From Candidatus Terrybacteria bacterium RIFCSPHIGHO2_01_FULL_48_17 (GTDB taxonomy: Bacteria > Patescibacteriota > Minisyncoccia > Terrybacterales > 2-01-FULL-58-14), in contig MHSS01000008.1 of NCBI GenBank assembly GCA_001822835.1, positions 9,039 through 73,038 on the forward strand: DNA of 64,000 nt, read 5' to 3'. The notes under the pieces were generated by a model that saw only the letters and a list, made by a program, of their open reading frames with translations, was not told the DNA's origin and did not search any database. This document shows positions 35,737-46,149 of this stretch, one piece after another. A program made the translations under genes and the position numbers. The first letter of the stretch is position 1. Every line of letters begins with the position of its first letter.

Positions 35737-37310
35737 TTCCTCATCTTACCCAACCACAAAAAATATTCATCCCGCCTCCAATTCTCCCCGGCAAAATACG
35801 AGTACGAATCGCGCCGTCTCCAACTGGCGCTCTGCATTTGGGTACGGCACGTTCCGCCTTATTTAATTATCTTTTTGCAAAAAAATATCAAGGAGTATTT
35901 ATACTCCGAATTGAAGATACCGATGTCGAGCGATCTGATCCAAAATTTGAAAAAGATATTGTCGAAGGTCTTCAATGGTTGGGTTTAGGATGGGATGAAG
36001 GAGTCCGGATAGGAGGAGAATACGCCCCGTATCGACAATCGGAACGTATTTATATTTATACCAAATATCTTGATCGGCTTTTGAAAGAAGAAAAGGCATA
36101 TTGGTGTTTTTGTACACCAAATGAGCTCGCAAAGGAACGTCTCAAACAAAAAAAGGCGGGCCTTGCGATTCGATATTCTAGAAAATGTGCAGTACTTTCT
36201 TCGGCCGAGATTAAAAAACATCGATCCGAAGGCAAATCCAGTATCCTGCGTCTTCGCATTCCTGACAAAGAAACTACTTTTTACGATCTTATTCGTGGAC
36301 CAATTACATTTCATACAAACCTTTTGGGCGATATCGCCATCGCCAAGAATATCTCAACGCCACTTTATAATTTTGCAGCAGTCATTGATGATTATGAAAT
36401 GGCAATCACGCATATTCTGCGCGGGGAAGATCATATCGCTAACACCCCAAAACAAATTGCTATTGCAGAAGCTCTGGAGATACAAAGCCCGCAATTTGGT
36501 CATTTCCCTCTCATTTTGGGAAAGGATCGAACGAAACTTTCAAAACGACATGGTGCTGCTTCTGTTCAGGATTTACGGAATCTAGGATATCTCCCTGAAG
36601 CAGTTATTAATTTTCTTGCCTTGTTAGGCTGGAACCCAAAGGATAATCGAGAGATTTTTTCACTTGATGAGCTTATTGAGGCGTTTTCTCTTGAGGGCAT
36701 ACAACACGGGGGAGCGATTTGGGGTCAAGAAAAATTAGACTGGTTTAATACACAATTCATGCGACATTCTGAAAAACGATGGCTTAATGATCGCAAATCC
36801 CTTCCTAATGAGCTTATTGAGTATATGACGTCTCTGGTAAAAAAAGCTGTGGTTAAAGAAGATCCGACATTTATACGAAAGCGTTGTTCCGATATTGTAT
36901 ATTTGGTGCTAGAACGGCTTCCTCTTTCAAATCTTGAAAAGGACTTTATGTCAGAATTTGGTTTCTTTTTCGGCTTACCACAAATAAAATCAGAATTGCT
37001 ATTTTGGAAAAATATGAATGTTGCAGATATTCGCCAAGCTTTAAAAGATATATTTATTATATTAGAAAAGATTCCGGCGGAAGAGTGGGAAATAAAAATA
37101 ATTCGCAAAATGATTTTTCATCATGCAGAAAAAACAAATGATCGAGGAAGGATATTGTGGCCACTTAGAATAGCCCTCTCCGGCCAACAAAAATCTCCTG
37201 GTCCTCATGAAATTGCTTCCATTTTAGGAAAAGAGGAAACACTGACACGGATTAAAAAAGCAATAACTGTTTTAAAAGAAAATGGCAAGAATGAAAAACC
37301 TATGAGATAA
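35733..37310 (+). CDS. gltX: glutamyl-tRNA synthetase
   Basis: HIGH-class motif PSPTGALHLGTAR and KMSKS variant KLSKRHG; 525 aa. Confidence 0.9.
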   Translation: MIPHLTQPQKIFIPPPILPGKIRVRIAPSPTGALHLGTARSALFNYLFAKKYQGVFILRIEDTDVERSDPKFEKDIVEGLQWLGLGWDEGVRIGGEYAPYRQSERIYIYTKYLDRLLKEEKAYWCFCTPNELAKERLKQKKAGLAIRYSRKCAVLSSAEIKKHRSEGKSSILRLRIPDKETTFYDLIRGPITFHTNLLGDIAIAKNISTPLYNFAAVIDDYEMAITHILRGEDHIANTPKQIAIAEALEIQSPQFGHFPLILGKDRTKLSKRHGAASVQDLRNLGYLPEAVINFLALLGWNPKDNREIFSLDELIEAFSLEGIQHGGAIWGQEKLDWFNTQFMRHSEKRWLNDRKSLPNELIEYMTSLVKKAVVKEDPTFIRKRCSDIVYLVLERLPLSNLEKDFMSEFGFFFGLPQIKSELLFWKNMNVADIRQALKDIFIILEKIPAEEWEIKIIRKMIFHHAEKTNDRGRILWPLRIALSGQQKSPGPHEIASILGKEETLTRIKKAITVLKENGKNEKPMR

Positions 37311-37319
37311 TATATATAT

Positions 37320-38573
37320 ATGAACAAAGCGCAACGGACTATATTTCAAGTTGCTTCTTTCATGATTGCGTTTGCTTTTCTAGGAAGTGTTATTGATTAT
37401 GTGGGAGCAGCCCCCGATATTGAGGACTTAAAAATAGAAATCAATAAACGTTCCGAAAAAATTCAAGAATTGGAAGCACAAATTCGTGAAACAAAAAACA
37501 CGATAGGGGACTTACAAAAATCAGAGCGAACGCTTGCCAATGAAATTGCCCGACTCGATGCGCAAATTAAAGCACTATATTTGGATATCGCCCTTACCGA
37601 AGAACAAATCGGATCATTAAATCTTGAGCTTGAAAGAATTTCTCTTGAAATCAAACAGCTTGAAGACAAATTATATGAAACAAAAAAACAAACGGCTGGA
37701 ATACTTCGAAGTCTTCAAGAAACAGCCGAATATGCTTCTCCGGTCACGCTTGTCTTCTCATCTGAAAGTTTTTCGGAGGTTTTTGATAATCTTACTGCCG
37801 GAGAACGTCTAGAGGCCGAACTGATACTGATTATCCGCGACTTAAAGACAACAAAGCAAACGCTTGAGGAAAAACGGATAATGACGGAAAAAAAGAAGCA
37901 GGAACTTGAAACGTTCCGAGAAACTCTGGCGGTACAAAATAGCATTCTTATATCAGAACAAGACGACAGAGAAGATCTTCTGTATACTACAAACCGCCAA
38001 GAAAATCAATTCCGGCAAACATTAAAAACTTTAGAAGTCCAACAACAAACAATTGAAAAAGAGATTATTCAATTTGATGCGCAGTTACGTCGTTTAGTTA
38101 ATCCATCTGCACTTCCGTCTAAAGGAGCGCTTTCGTGGCCAACCGATGTGGTTCGCATCACGCAATATTATGGCTCCACGGCTTCAACTGGTTTTATTAA
38201 TGATCAGTATCTTTTTCATAACGGAATTGATATAGCGCCTCCTTCAGGTATCGGAACCCCAATTAAAGCCGCAGCTTCAGGAACAATAATCGGAATGGGA
38301 AATCTCGGACGTTTGGCATATGGAAAATGGATTGCCGTGGATCATCGCAATGGCCTTATAACATTATATGCCCATCTCTCAAAGCAAGCGGCGCAGCTTG
38401 GCCAATCTGTGCAAAATGGGGATGTTATTGGATATGAAGGATCAACGGGTTTTTCTACAGGACCCCACCTTCATTTCACGGTTTATGCTTCAGAAACATT
38501 TCGCATAGAAGAACGCTCCTATGGTCTTTTGCCAGTAGGGGCTTCTCTTAATCCAATGGACTTTCTAGAATAA
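37320..38573 (+). CDS. M23-family (LytM-like) metalloendopeptidase with N-terminal coiled coil
   Basis: HNGIDIAPPSGIGTPIKAAASGTI...YAHLS...GSTGFSTGPHLHFTVY (HxxxD / HxH metal sites). Signal-anchor N-terminus. Confidence 0.85.
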   Translation: MNKAQRTIFQVASFMIAFAFLGSVIDYVGAAPDIEDLKIEINKRSEKIQELEAQIRETKNTIGDLQKSERTLANEIARLDAQIKALYLDIALTEEQIGSLNLELERISLEIKQLEDKLYETKKQTAGILRSLQETAEYASPVTLVFSSESFSEVFDNLTAGERLEAELILIIRDLKTTKQTLEEKRIMTEKKKQELETFRETLAVQNSILISEQDDREDLLYTTNRQENQFRQTLKTLEVQQQTIEKEIIQFDAQLRRLVNPSALPSKGALSWPTDVVRITQYYGSTASTGFINDQYLFHNGIDIAPPSGIGTPIKAAASGTIIGMGNLGRLAYGKWIAVDHRNGLITLYAHLSKQAAQLGQSVQNGDVIGYEGSTGFSTGPHLHFTVYASETFRIEERSYGLLPVGASLNPMDFLE

Positions 38574-38590
38574 TATAACAGATTGATTTT

Positions 38591-38929
38591 ATGATTCGAG
38601 TAATATTACTTATCTTTTTATCAATAATCTATCTATTATCGATACCCCTTCCTGGACTAGCCGATTTCCACGATGTGGCCACGCCGCAAACACCTCAGAA
38701 TCTTGAGGAAGGAGGAGAACAGGTCTTTGGGGCAATTGATATTATAAAAAAAATATGGTATTTTGTTGCTTCTATAGTTGTTATTATTCTCGAGGCAGCA
38801 AATAGGGTAATGGAAGCGTTCCAAAATGCTTTTGGACAAGGAATAATATCGCAAGATCCACAAGGGTTTATTCCCGAACGTATTAATGATACTATCGATA
38901 AGAGGTTGCCGCAGTCGCCGCAGGAATAA
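38591..38929 (+). CDS. small hypothetical membrane protein (112 aa, 2 TM)
   Basis: ORF with two hydrophobic helices; no motif. Confidence 0.4.
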   Translation: MIRVILLIFLSIIYLLSIPLPGLADFHDVATPQTPQNLEEGGEQVFGAIDIIKKIWYFVASIVVIILEAANRVMEAFQNAFGQGIISQDPQGFIPERINDTIDKRLPQSPQE

Positions 38930-39030
38930 TACGACGCAAAAGATATATTGTACGACTAATCATATCGCCTCCCCTTTACCAATAAGCCACACACAAACCA
39001 CCGACAAAGGTGCTATCAATATTAAAGAAA

Positions 39031-39408
39031 TCACTTTTTATCCAATCCAGGACAATTCCCTGCCGGTTCGTACCCGGCTCGTTCCGCCTCTACTTCACTT
39101 GAAAAGAATATTTTGTTGTCTTCTTTTATCTGTTGAGCTCCTGGGCAGTTTAAAAGATGGTATTTTGACCCTTGTTGCGAGGCAACGATCTGGTAGATGG
39201 ACGGCGCGTCTTCTGATGTATCTGAGGTTTCAGATTTCGTCTCGATAGAAATAGCTTCTGGAGGAATGTTTTGTAAAACACTCAATCTACCAAGGCCAAA
39301 AGATATCAACACTAACACAACGACTCCTCCACCAATCAAAAAATCTTGTCGATGTTCATTCCCCCCTTCTGCTGCCTTCTTGATATTTTCCCAAAATTCC
39401 TGTATCAT
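39031..39408 (-). CDS. membrane-anchored protein with extracytoplasmic Ada-like Zn-ribbon-type domain
   Basis: TM helix then KYHLLNCPGAQQIKEDNKIFFSSEVEAERAGYEPAGNC, resembling the Ada N-terminal metal-binding pattern (C...FF.S..EA..AG..PC). Confidence 0.5.
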   Translation of the reverse strand: MIQEFWENIKKAAEGGNEHRQDFLIGGGVVVLVLISFGLGRLSVLQNIPPEAISIETKSETSDTSEDAPSIYQIVASQQGSKYHLLNCPGAQQIKEDNKIFFSSEVEAERAGYEPAGNCPGLDKK

Positions 39409-39463
39409 AACAACATATCATTTTATACCGCATACTAATATTTTGCAATAACTCATATATAAT

Positions 39464-39769
39464 ATGGCAAAAACAAAAGCGACAGGATCAACACAATTAG
39501 GAAGAGATTCGATTTCAAAACGACTTGGAATAAAATTATTTGCGGGTCAACATGCCCGTCCTGGGATGATTTTGGTGCGTCAACGGGGAACGCGGTTTTT
39601 ACCTGGAATAAATGTAAAACGCGGAGGAGATGATACGCTCTACGCATTAAGTGAAGGAATGGTACAATTTCGTACCATTACGAAACGAAGGTTTGATGGT
39701 AATACCAGAAAAATAAAACGTGTTGATATATTATCACAAACTAGTGAGCAAAAGCCGAAAAAGAAATAA
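39464..39769 (+). CDS. rpmA: 50S ribosomal protein L27 with C-terminal extension
   Basis: [24 protein letters not shown]...[14 protein letters not shown]...[13 protein letters not shown]. Confidence 0.9.
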   Translation: MAKTKATGSTQLGRDSISKRLGIKLFAGQHARPGMILVRQRGTRFLPGINVKRGGDDTLYALSEGMVQFRTITKRRFDGNTRKIKRVDILSQTSEQKPKKK

Positions 39770-39797
39770 TTTCATTTGTATTCAGATATTATTAAAA

Positions 39798-39824
39798 GAC
39801 CTTCTTTAAACAGAAGGTTTTTTA
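39798..39824. terminator. bidirectional rho-independent terminator ACCTTCT-ttaaac-AGAAGGT flanked by an A-run and a T-run
   Basis: Lies between convergent rpmA (+) and pyrG (-); the pyrG stop falls in the loop. Confidence 0.7.
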
Positions 39825-41464
39825 TGAGCGGCTTCAATAAAAGCCAAAAAGAGAGGATGTGGATTTAAAGGACGGGAGCGAAGCTCTGGATGAAATTGGG
39901 TTCCGATAAAAAATGGGTGGTTTTTAAGTTCAATGATTTCAACAAGCTGCTTATCAGGATTGATACCAGAACATATAAGTCCTAACCGTTCGAGTTTCGA
40001 TTTAAATTCATTATTAAATTCGTAACGATGTCGATGGCGTTCATTCGCGATTACTGCGATGTTGGTTCGTTTTTTTCGGCTATACGCATGCTGAGCGAGG
40101 GTATGCGGAATAACTTTACAAGTATAATTTCCCAAGCGCATCGAACCGCCCAATATTTTCTCGTGTATTTTAGTAACTTGTTCCGGCATAATATCAATTA
40201 CAGGAAATTTTGTTTGCGGATTGATTTCAGTTGTATGAGCTTGTCGCATATTTGCGACGTTGCGAGCAAACTCTACTACGGCTAATTGCATACCAAAGCA
40301 AAGCCCAAGAAAAGGAATGTATTTTGTCCTTAAATAATGGATCGCGCCAATTTTTCCTTCCGTTCCTCGTGCGCCAAAACCACCGGGAACAATAATTCCA
40401 TCGAATTGTTTTAATTCTTTGATTTTTTGCGGAAATTGTTCATATGCTTCAGAATCCAACCATTGGATTTTTGGTGTTAATCCCCTCTCCCATGCCGCAT
40501 GTTTTATTGCTTCAATCACGGATATATAAACATCTTCGAGCACAAAAGCACCGCTGGCAAAATACTTGCCAAGAATCCCGATAGAAACTGTTTTTGTGCT
40601 CTTTTGGGAACGATGGATAAATTGCATCCAGGGCTTTTCGTAAACAGCTTTTGGCTTACGGATGGGAATGCGCATCTTCTTACATAATCTTTTCGCAAAT
40701 TCTTCTCGTTCAAATTGCAGAGGAACCTCATAGACCGAAGAAAGATTCGGCGCCGATATTACGTTTTCCTCAGCCACATTACAAAATATTGCAAGTTTCC
40801 TCTTCCGAGGCACATCTATGGGTTGGGCAGCCCTCCCGACAATAAAATCGGGCTGAAGGCCAGCTGCTTGAAGGGCATGAACTGCCTGCTGAGTTGGTTT
40901 TGTTTTCATTTCACGCAAAGCATGCGGGATAGGAAGATAGGAAACCAATACAACGGCGACATCTTGCGGGGATTCGTGCCGCATAAATCGAGCCGCCTCC
41001 AAATAAAGGATATTCTGATATTCCCCTGCCGTTCCTCCGATTTCTACTAAAAGAATATCTGCACGCGCTTGACGTGCAGCCAACTTGAGGCGTCGAATAA
41101 CTTCATTGGGAATATCTGGTACAACTTCAACGCATCGACCATTATACTCCAGGCCTCGTTCTTTACGTATAACTTCCTGAAAAATTTGCCCAGTGGTGAT
41201 AGAATTAATACCCGGAAGATCCACTCCTAAAAACCGTTCATACGTTCCAATATCCTGATCGCATTCCATTCCGTCTGAAGTGACGAATACCTCCCCATGC
41301 TCTACTGGATTCATTGTGCCAGCATCCACATTAACATAGGGATCGATTTTAACGGCAGAAACAGCATATCCGCGATTATATAAAATGCGTGCCAAAGAAG
41401 CGGCCGTCACGCCTTTCCCGATACCAGACATAACGCCGCCCACAATAAATATAAATCTGGTCAT
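39806..41464 (-). CDS. pyrG: CTP synthase
   Basis: N-terminal synthetase IFIVGGVMSGIGKG and GATase domain GLCFGMQLAVVEFARN (catalytic Cys); 552 aa. Confidence 0.9.
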   Translation of the reverse strand: MTRFIFIVGGVMSGIGKGVTAASLARILYNRGYAVSAVKIDPYVNVDAGTMNPVEHGEVFVTSDGMECDQDIGTYERFLGVDLPGINSITTGQIFQEVIRKERGLEYNGRCVEVVPDIPNEVIRRLKLAARQARADILLVEIGGTAGEYQNILYLEAARFMRHESPQDVAVVLVSYLPIPHALREMKTKPTQQAVHALQAAGLQPDFIVGRAAQPIDVPRKRKLAIFCNVAEENVISAPNLSSVYEVPLQFEREEFAKRLCKKMRIPIRKPKAVYEKPWMQFIHRSQKSTKTVSIGILGKYFASGAFVLEDVYISVIEAIKHAAWERGLTPKIQWLDSEAYEQFPQKIKELKQFDGIIVPGGFGARGTEGKIGAIHYLRTKYIPFLGLCFGMQLAVVEFARNVANMRQAHTTEINPQTKFPVIDIMPEQVTKIHEKILGGSMRLGNYTCKVIPHTLAQHAYSRKKRTNIAVIANERHRHRYEFNNEFKSKLERLGLICSGINPDKQLVEIIELKNHPFFIGTQFHPELRSRPLNPHPLFLAFIEAAHKKPSV

Positions 41465-41931
41465 GGTTCTTGTGGGTGATCAACTATCTCTTCAATAATA
41501 AGTTTAATTTGCACTTCAAGCCCGTGAGGAAATAACACATTCAACGGATATTCCCCTGCTGATTTTATTGAATCAAATTGTAATTGTTTTGTTTCAATTG
41601 GATATCCTTGTTGCTTCAATACTTCGCTCACATTCCTCGTGGTTATGGCGGCAAATAAATTCCCTCCGGGTTCAGCAACGCGTGCCGGGATCACAATCTC
41701 AAGTCCATCGATCTTAGAGGCAAGTTCTTGGGTTTGTTTTAATTCACGTTCCGCTTCCTTTGTTTCCTGCGTTTTCTTGTGAGCAAGTTCGTCCAATACA
41801 TGAGATGTTGCGGGTTTTGCCATGCCGCGGGGAATCAGAAAATTGCGCCCGAAACCATCGGCCACTTCAACAATCATATTTTTTTTCCCTATATTTTTCA
41901 CGTCCTGAAGAAGGATAACGAGCATAAACAA
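41461..41931 (-). CDS. rplI: 50S ribosomal protein L9
   Basis: N-domain VILLQDVKNIGKKNMIVEVADGFGRNFLIPRGMA and C-domain; overlaps pyrG by 4 nt. Confidence 0.85.
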   Translation of the reverse strand: MFMLVILLQDVKNIGKKNMIVEVADGFGRNFLIPRGMAKPATSHVLDELAHKKTQETKEAERELKQTQELASKIDGLEIVIPARVAEPGGNLFAAITTRNVSEVLKQQGYPIETKQLQFDSIKSAGEYPLNVLFPHGLEVQIKLIIEEIVDHPQEP

Positions 41932-41933
41932 AA

Positions 41934-42209
41934 CTAACGAATGCTAAATTCATTTATATTACCGCGTACTTTTTCCCAGTGGAAAGAAACATGGGAAACG
42001 CGAGCAAACGAAGAACCCTTATGACACCACCCTAAGAATTGATGTAAAGAATCTTTATTACCTTCAGCCATAATTTTTACTTTACCATCCGGAAGATTTT
42101 CTGCATATCCTACGATTCCAAGCTCTTCCGCTTTCTGTTTTGCAGAAATACGAAAAAATACGCCCTGTACAATCCCATCAATAACGATAGAAAGCCGCCC
42201 CTGATCCAT
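41934..42209 (-). CDS. acyP: acylphosphatase
   Basis: VIDGIVQGVFFRISAKQKAEELGIVGYAENLPDGKVKIMAEG signature. Start taken at the internal ATG to avoid overlap with ctp. Confidence 0.75.
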   Translation of the reverse strand: MDQGRLSIVIDGIVQGVFFRISAKQKAEELGIVGYAENLPDGKVKIMAEGNKDSLHQFLGWCHKGSSFARVSHVSFHWEKVRGNINEFSIR

Positions 42210-42213
42210 GCCT

Positions 42214-43401
42214 TTAAGGCAAAAGGGATTTCGCCACATCAAGTTGCGGATCAAGCCCCGCTTCCCGCTCTTCCGGTTTTATTTCAACAAGAATATCTGG
42301 ATTCAAACCTGCCTCCGCTAATGAATTTCCTGCGGGGGTACGCCACTCCCCTACTGTAATTTTTAATACGGCACCACTTTGTTTTAAGCGTATTAGTTCC
42401 TGAATTGATCCTTTGCCAAATGTTTCTGATCCAACAAGCTTTATATCACGCTCGTCTCGTAACGCACCGGCAAGAATTTCTGCTGCAGATGCGGTTCCTT
42501 CGTTCATCAAAACAACAGTCGGAAAATCGGCAAGAAGGCCTGGTCCTGATGAACGATGGATTATATCAGCTTCCCCACGCTTTCGTTCGATAACAACCAC
42601 AGAATCTTCTGGAAGAAGAAATCCCGCAACCTTAACGGCTTGATCCAGAAAACCGCCTGGATTATTTCGTAAATCAAGAATCAATCCCCTGGCATTTGCT
42701 TTAGTAATTTGTGCAGCTGCGGCTTGAAATGCAACAGCGGCTTCTGAGCTAAAACTATGAAACTGAACGGTCGCGATACCATCCTCAATTTTTAAATCCA
42801 ATGGAGGCACTACAATTTGCGCACGCGTGATAGAAATTTCTTTGGCTGCTTCCTGATTCCTCGAAATACGAAGGGTAACGATTGTTCCCGCAGGGCCCCG
42901 AATCTTGGCCACCGCCTCCTCCAGCGTTATGTCTTCGGTCGACGTATCATCAATCGCAAGGATTATATCCCTCGCTTCAAGCCCCGCCTCTTTCGCGGGA
43001 GTGCCTTCCAGAGGAGCAATTATAGCAAGCAAACCATCTCTGAAACCGATTTCCGCACCAATACCCTCAAAATGACCGCTGGTATCCTCCAAAAAACGTT
43101 TTGCTTCATCAGGATCAAAAAAGGTGGTATAGTCATCCGTTGATTCGCGCACCAAACCCCTTATTGCTCCCCATAAGAGATTCTGCTCTGAAAGATTTTC
43201 GGGATGGATATAATTATCTTTGAGAATTTGAATTGTTTCCGCTAGCAAAGAAATATCGATATTGGAATCTTCCGGATTTGCTTTCCAGGAAGATAATGAA
43301 AAGATTTTATCTCCCCATACACGCGCAATAACAGCTCCAAAAACAAACCCGGTAATAAGAAATCCGCACAGAATAAAAATGAAAATAATCTTATTTTGCA
43401 T
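42214..43401 (-). CDS. carboxyl-terminal processing protease (S41 family) with PDZ domain
   Basis: PDZ segment, catalytic region GGFLDQAVKVAGFLL...NEGTASAAEILAGALRD, and a signal anchor. Confidence 0.85.
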   Translation of the reverse strand: MQNKIIFIFILCGFLITGFVFGAVIARVWGDKIFSLSSWKANPEDSNIDISLLAETIQILKDNYIHPENLSEQNLLWGAIRGLVRESTDDYTTFFDPDEAKRFLEDTSGHFEGIGAEIGFRDGLLAIIAPLEGTPAKEAGLEARDIILAIDDTSTEDITLEEAVAKIRGPAGTIVTLRISRNQEAAKEISITRAQIVVPPLDLKIEDGIATVQFHSFSSEAAVAFQAAAAQITKANARGLILDLRNNPGGFLDQAVKVAGFLLPEDSVVVIERKRGEADIIHRSSGPGLLADFPTVVLMNEGTASAAEILAGALRDERDIKLVGSETFGKGSIQELIRLKQSGAVLKITVGEWRTPAGNSLAEAGLNPDILVEIKPEEREAGLDPQLDVAKSLLP

Positions 43402-43415
43402 GATAAAGAAAATGA

Positions 43416-44459
43416 CTATTGAGAAGTTTTAAAGATGTTTCGTATGTCCTCTTGAATTTTTGAAAAATCATCATCTTTTGGAAGCAATATATAGGATCCA
43501 TTCATGCTAGAAGAGTAAAGATATTCGCTTGTGGTATCTAATACAAGTCGGCGCGGCATCGCTTCACTAATAGTACGGCTGGTCTTAACCACATTCACGA
43601 TATCTTCGGCCGATGCATCAACGCGAACATGTTTTCCAAGAAGATCCAGAATAGATAATATTTTTGTTGGATTTGTGATAATACCAAGATTTTTTGCTTT
43701 GTTTCGCATAGCAACAAGCACCTCCTGCTGGCGGCGTGCCCGATCAAAATCGGATGTGGTAAAACGTGAACGAACATAATATAATGCAGTTTCGCCATCC
43801 ATTCTTTGCAGACCCTGCGGAACATAAAAATCGATACCACCCCATTGCTGGTTCTCCTGCAATGGTTTGGCAACGTCAACCTCAATCCCTCCAAGCACGT
43901 CATCAATAAAATCCTTAAATGCTTGAAAATCGACACTCACCGCATAATCGATATTAACCCCCACAACCTTTTCAACCGACCGCTTGGCAAGAAAGAGGCC
44001 CCCGCCCCGTGGCTGCATTCGTTCCCCTATCTGATAGGCCTCATTAATTTTCGCTTCTTGTCCGACAATCGGAATTTCGATCCAAATGTCGCGCGGAATA
44101 GAAATAAGCGCGACATCTCCCGTATCTGTTTTTATAGATACCAAGAGCAACATATCAGTAAGAAGACCGCCGTGCGGATCGCCTTCACCCCGAATCCCAA
44201 GCAAGAGGACATCAAACCGATTTTGTTCTGCGGGATCCGCTAAAGGAAGCTGTGATGGAGTTATCCCTAAAAAAGACCCGATCCGTTCAGAAACAACACT
44301 AAAAGTTACCCCCACCTTAAAAACCAAAATGCCAGCAATAATAAGGCAAAGCGCCCCCATGATGGCAATTGTTTTTGGGAGGATATGCCGTTTTTTAAGA
44401 GGCAAAATATGCCCTTGTCCTTGATTACTGCTATGAGATACGGGGGGCTTGATATCCAT
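43416..44459 (-). CDS. LytR-CpsA-Psr (LCP) family glycopolymer transferase
   Basis: RFDVLLLGIRGEGDPHGGLLTDMLLLVSIKTDTGDVALISIPRDIWIEIP conserved LCP core. The start is uncertain (alternative 44525 or 44360) because of overlap with the upstream gene. Confidence 0.8.
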   Translation of the reverse strand: MDIKPPVSHSSNQGQGHILPLKKRHILPKTIAIMGALCLIIAGILVFKVGVTFSVVSERIGSFLGITPSQLPLADPAEQNRFDVLLLGIRGEGDPHGGLLTDMLLLVSIKTDTGDVALISIPRDIWIEIPIVGQEAKINEAYQIGERMQPRGGGLFLAKRSVEKVVGVNIDYAVSVDFQAFKDFIDDVLGGIEVDVAKPLQENQQWGGIDFYVPQGLQRMDGETALYYVRSRFTTSDFDRARRQQEVLVAMRNKAKNLGIITNPTKILSILDLLGKHVRVDASAEDIVNVVKTSRTISEAMPRRLVLDTTSEYLYSSSMNGSYILLPKDDDFSKIQEDIRNIFKTSQ

Positions 44460-46149
44460 GTGTTGGGAAACGATAAGTCGCGAGAATGGCAACAAAAACA
44501 ATAAACACAATAAATACTCTATCATTTAATAGCACAACGTCAACGAGATTATAAATTGCTACCCATGCGACTAGAAAGGCGGGCAAAAATAGCCCTTTTT
44601 GCAAAGCATACACAAAAAGGTCTAAAAAAAACGCTAACGCAAGAAGTCCGGCAAAAAAACCGGCCTCTGTGGCGATATCAAGATAAAGATTGTGTGCAGA
44701 AGCACCTCGCCGTGATGCATCAACGGGTTGATTTAAAACAACCCCGTAATTGCCGAAGCCGACCCCCAAAAGAGGATTTTGCTTGATCGATTCCAAAGAA
44801 GCAAGCCAGATTTGAATGCGACTACGATTAGAAACCTCACTTATGTCGAAAATAGTTCGTGCGCGCTCAAAAGCCACTGCCTCGTCTTGCGTCAGAACGC
44901 CAGCACCCCGTGTATTAGATATCAAAAAAGAGGCGAGAGGAAACATCAAAAAGAAAAGGAGCCACAAAGATGCGGCTGTTATAAAAACGGCTTCTGCGCG
45001 TGGAGGAATATGAACGGCTTTTTGAATCAATGAAGTGATTTTGTGATGCGTCAGAATTTGAAAAAACAAAAATCCAGCACAAAGGAATAAAAAAAGGATT
45101 CCTACCCAAATAAAAAAATGTTCCGGGAGAGACAAGAATAACAAAAATCCTACGGGAGAAATAAAAAGAAGAAATGAAAAAAATACGATCATCCCAAGAA
45201 TTATACTTATTGGAGGATATTTTTTTAGAGGAAAACGGTTTCGTAAATCAACAACTCCTAAAAAGGTAACTATAGTAAAAGGAACTAAAGCTGCAATCCA
45301 GGTTCCACGGGATCCCGAAAGAAATATGCCCAACGAGGAAACTATGGCAAGAAGAAATGCTAATAAACGCGATATCCGCTGTTGAAAGCCTATCCACCAT
45401 ACTCCCACCAATATGAATATGGAAAAAAGCGCAAATGAATGTGAATCCGGGAATATCGAAAAAAGTCGTAGGGTTGGTGGAGCATCGGGGTAATACGAGA
45501 ACCATGTATTTGATTCGGAAAGTACTCGCCCAAGTTTCTCGCCGTAAAACAATGGGATAAAACCTCCGGACCATCCGTGCCAAAACTCAAAAAGCGAAGC
45601 AAACTGAACGATAATATACTGAATTAAAGCAACACCAAATACAATTATCACAGCCCCGAATAAACCCCGCAAAATTGCCTTAACATACGCAGCGCTCCTT
45701 TGAGCCAAAGATCGGATAACTGGGTACAAAAGAAGGATATTTACAATAAATAGAAGCTTTCTAAGCCCTGCCGTGGGATCTTCCGCGACCAACAGAGAAA
45801 GAACAACGGGGATTCCCAAGCTTATCGCAATCCACTCAAAACTTGTAAGTTTGGGTAATACCAATACCTTCGGACGATCCTTGATAAACCACGCGATAAA
45901 AAGCGTTAGTATCCATATGCGCCATGCCGCAAAACTTTCAAAACCCAAAAGGGGAAGTGCCGGAGCAATTGGAGCTGATGCGAGAAAAAGGACAAGTGCT
46001 TGTTCAAGCGGCAAAAAAAATAAAAGAAACGCAATACTACCTGCGAATATATATACCGCGCTATGCGGAAGGATTCCTGCAACAATCGCAAGAAGAATTA
46101 CCACTTCAAAAAACAACCACGTCCAGGGTGATCGAACAAAAGACATCAT
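44431..46149 (-). CDS. O-antigen ligase/polymerase (Wzy_C)-like polytopic membrane protein
   Basis: 12+ TM helices and an IFLSGSRGTWIA motif in a periplasmic loop typical of the Wzy_C/WaaL family. Confidence 0.65.
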   Translation of the reverse strand: MMSFVRSPWTWLFFEVVILLAIVAGILPHSAVYIFAGSIAFLLFFLPLEQALVLFLASAPIAPALPLLGFESFAAWRIWILTLFIAWFIKDRPKVLVLPKLTSFEWIAISLGIPVVLSLLVAEDPTAGLRKLLFIVNILLLYPVIRSLAQRSAAYVKAILRGLFGAVIIVFGVALIQYIIVQFASLFEFWHGWSGGFIPLFYGEKLGRVLSESNTWFSYYPDAPPTLRLFSIFPDSHSFALFSIFILVGVWWIGFQQRISRLLAFLLAIVSSLGIFLSGSRGTWIAALVPFTIVTFLGVVDLRNRFPLKKYPPISIILGMIVFFSFLLFISPVGFLLFLSLPEHFFIWVGILFLFLCAGFLFFQILTHHKITSLIQKAVHIPPRAEAVFITAASLWLLFFLMFPLASFLISNTRGAGVLTQDEAVAFERARTIFDISEVSNRSRIQIWLASLESIKQNPLLGVGFGNYGVVLNQPVDASRRGASAHNLYLDIATEAGFFAGLLALAFFLDLFVYALQKGLFLPAFLVAWVAIYNLVDVVLLNDRVFIVFIVFVAILATYRFPTHGYQAPRIS

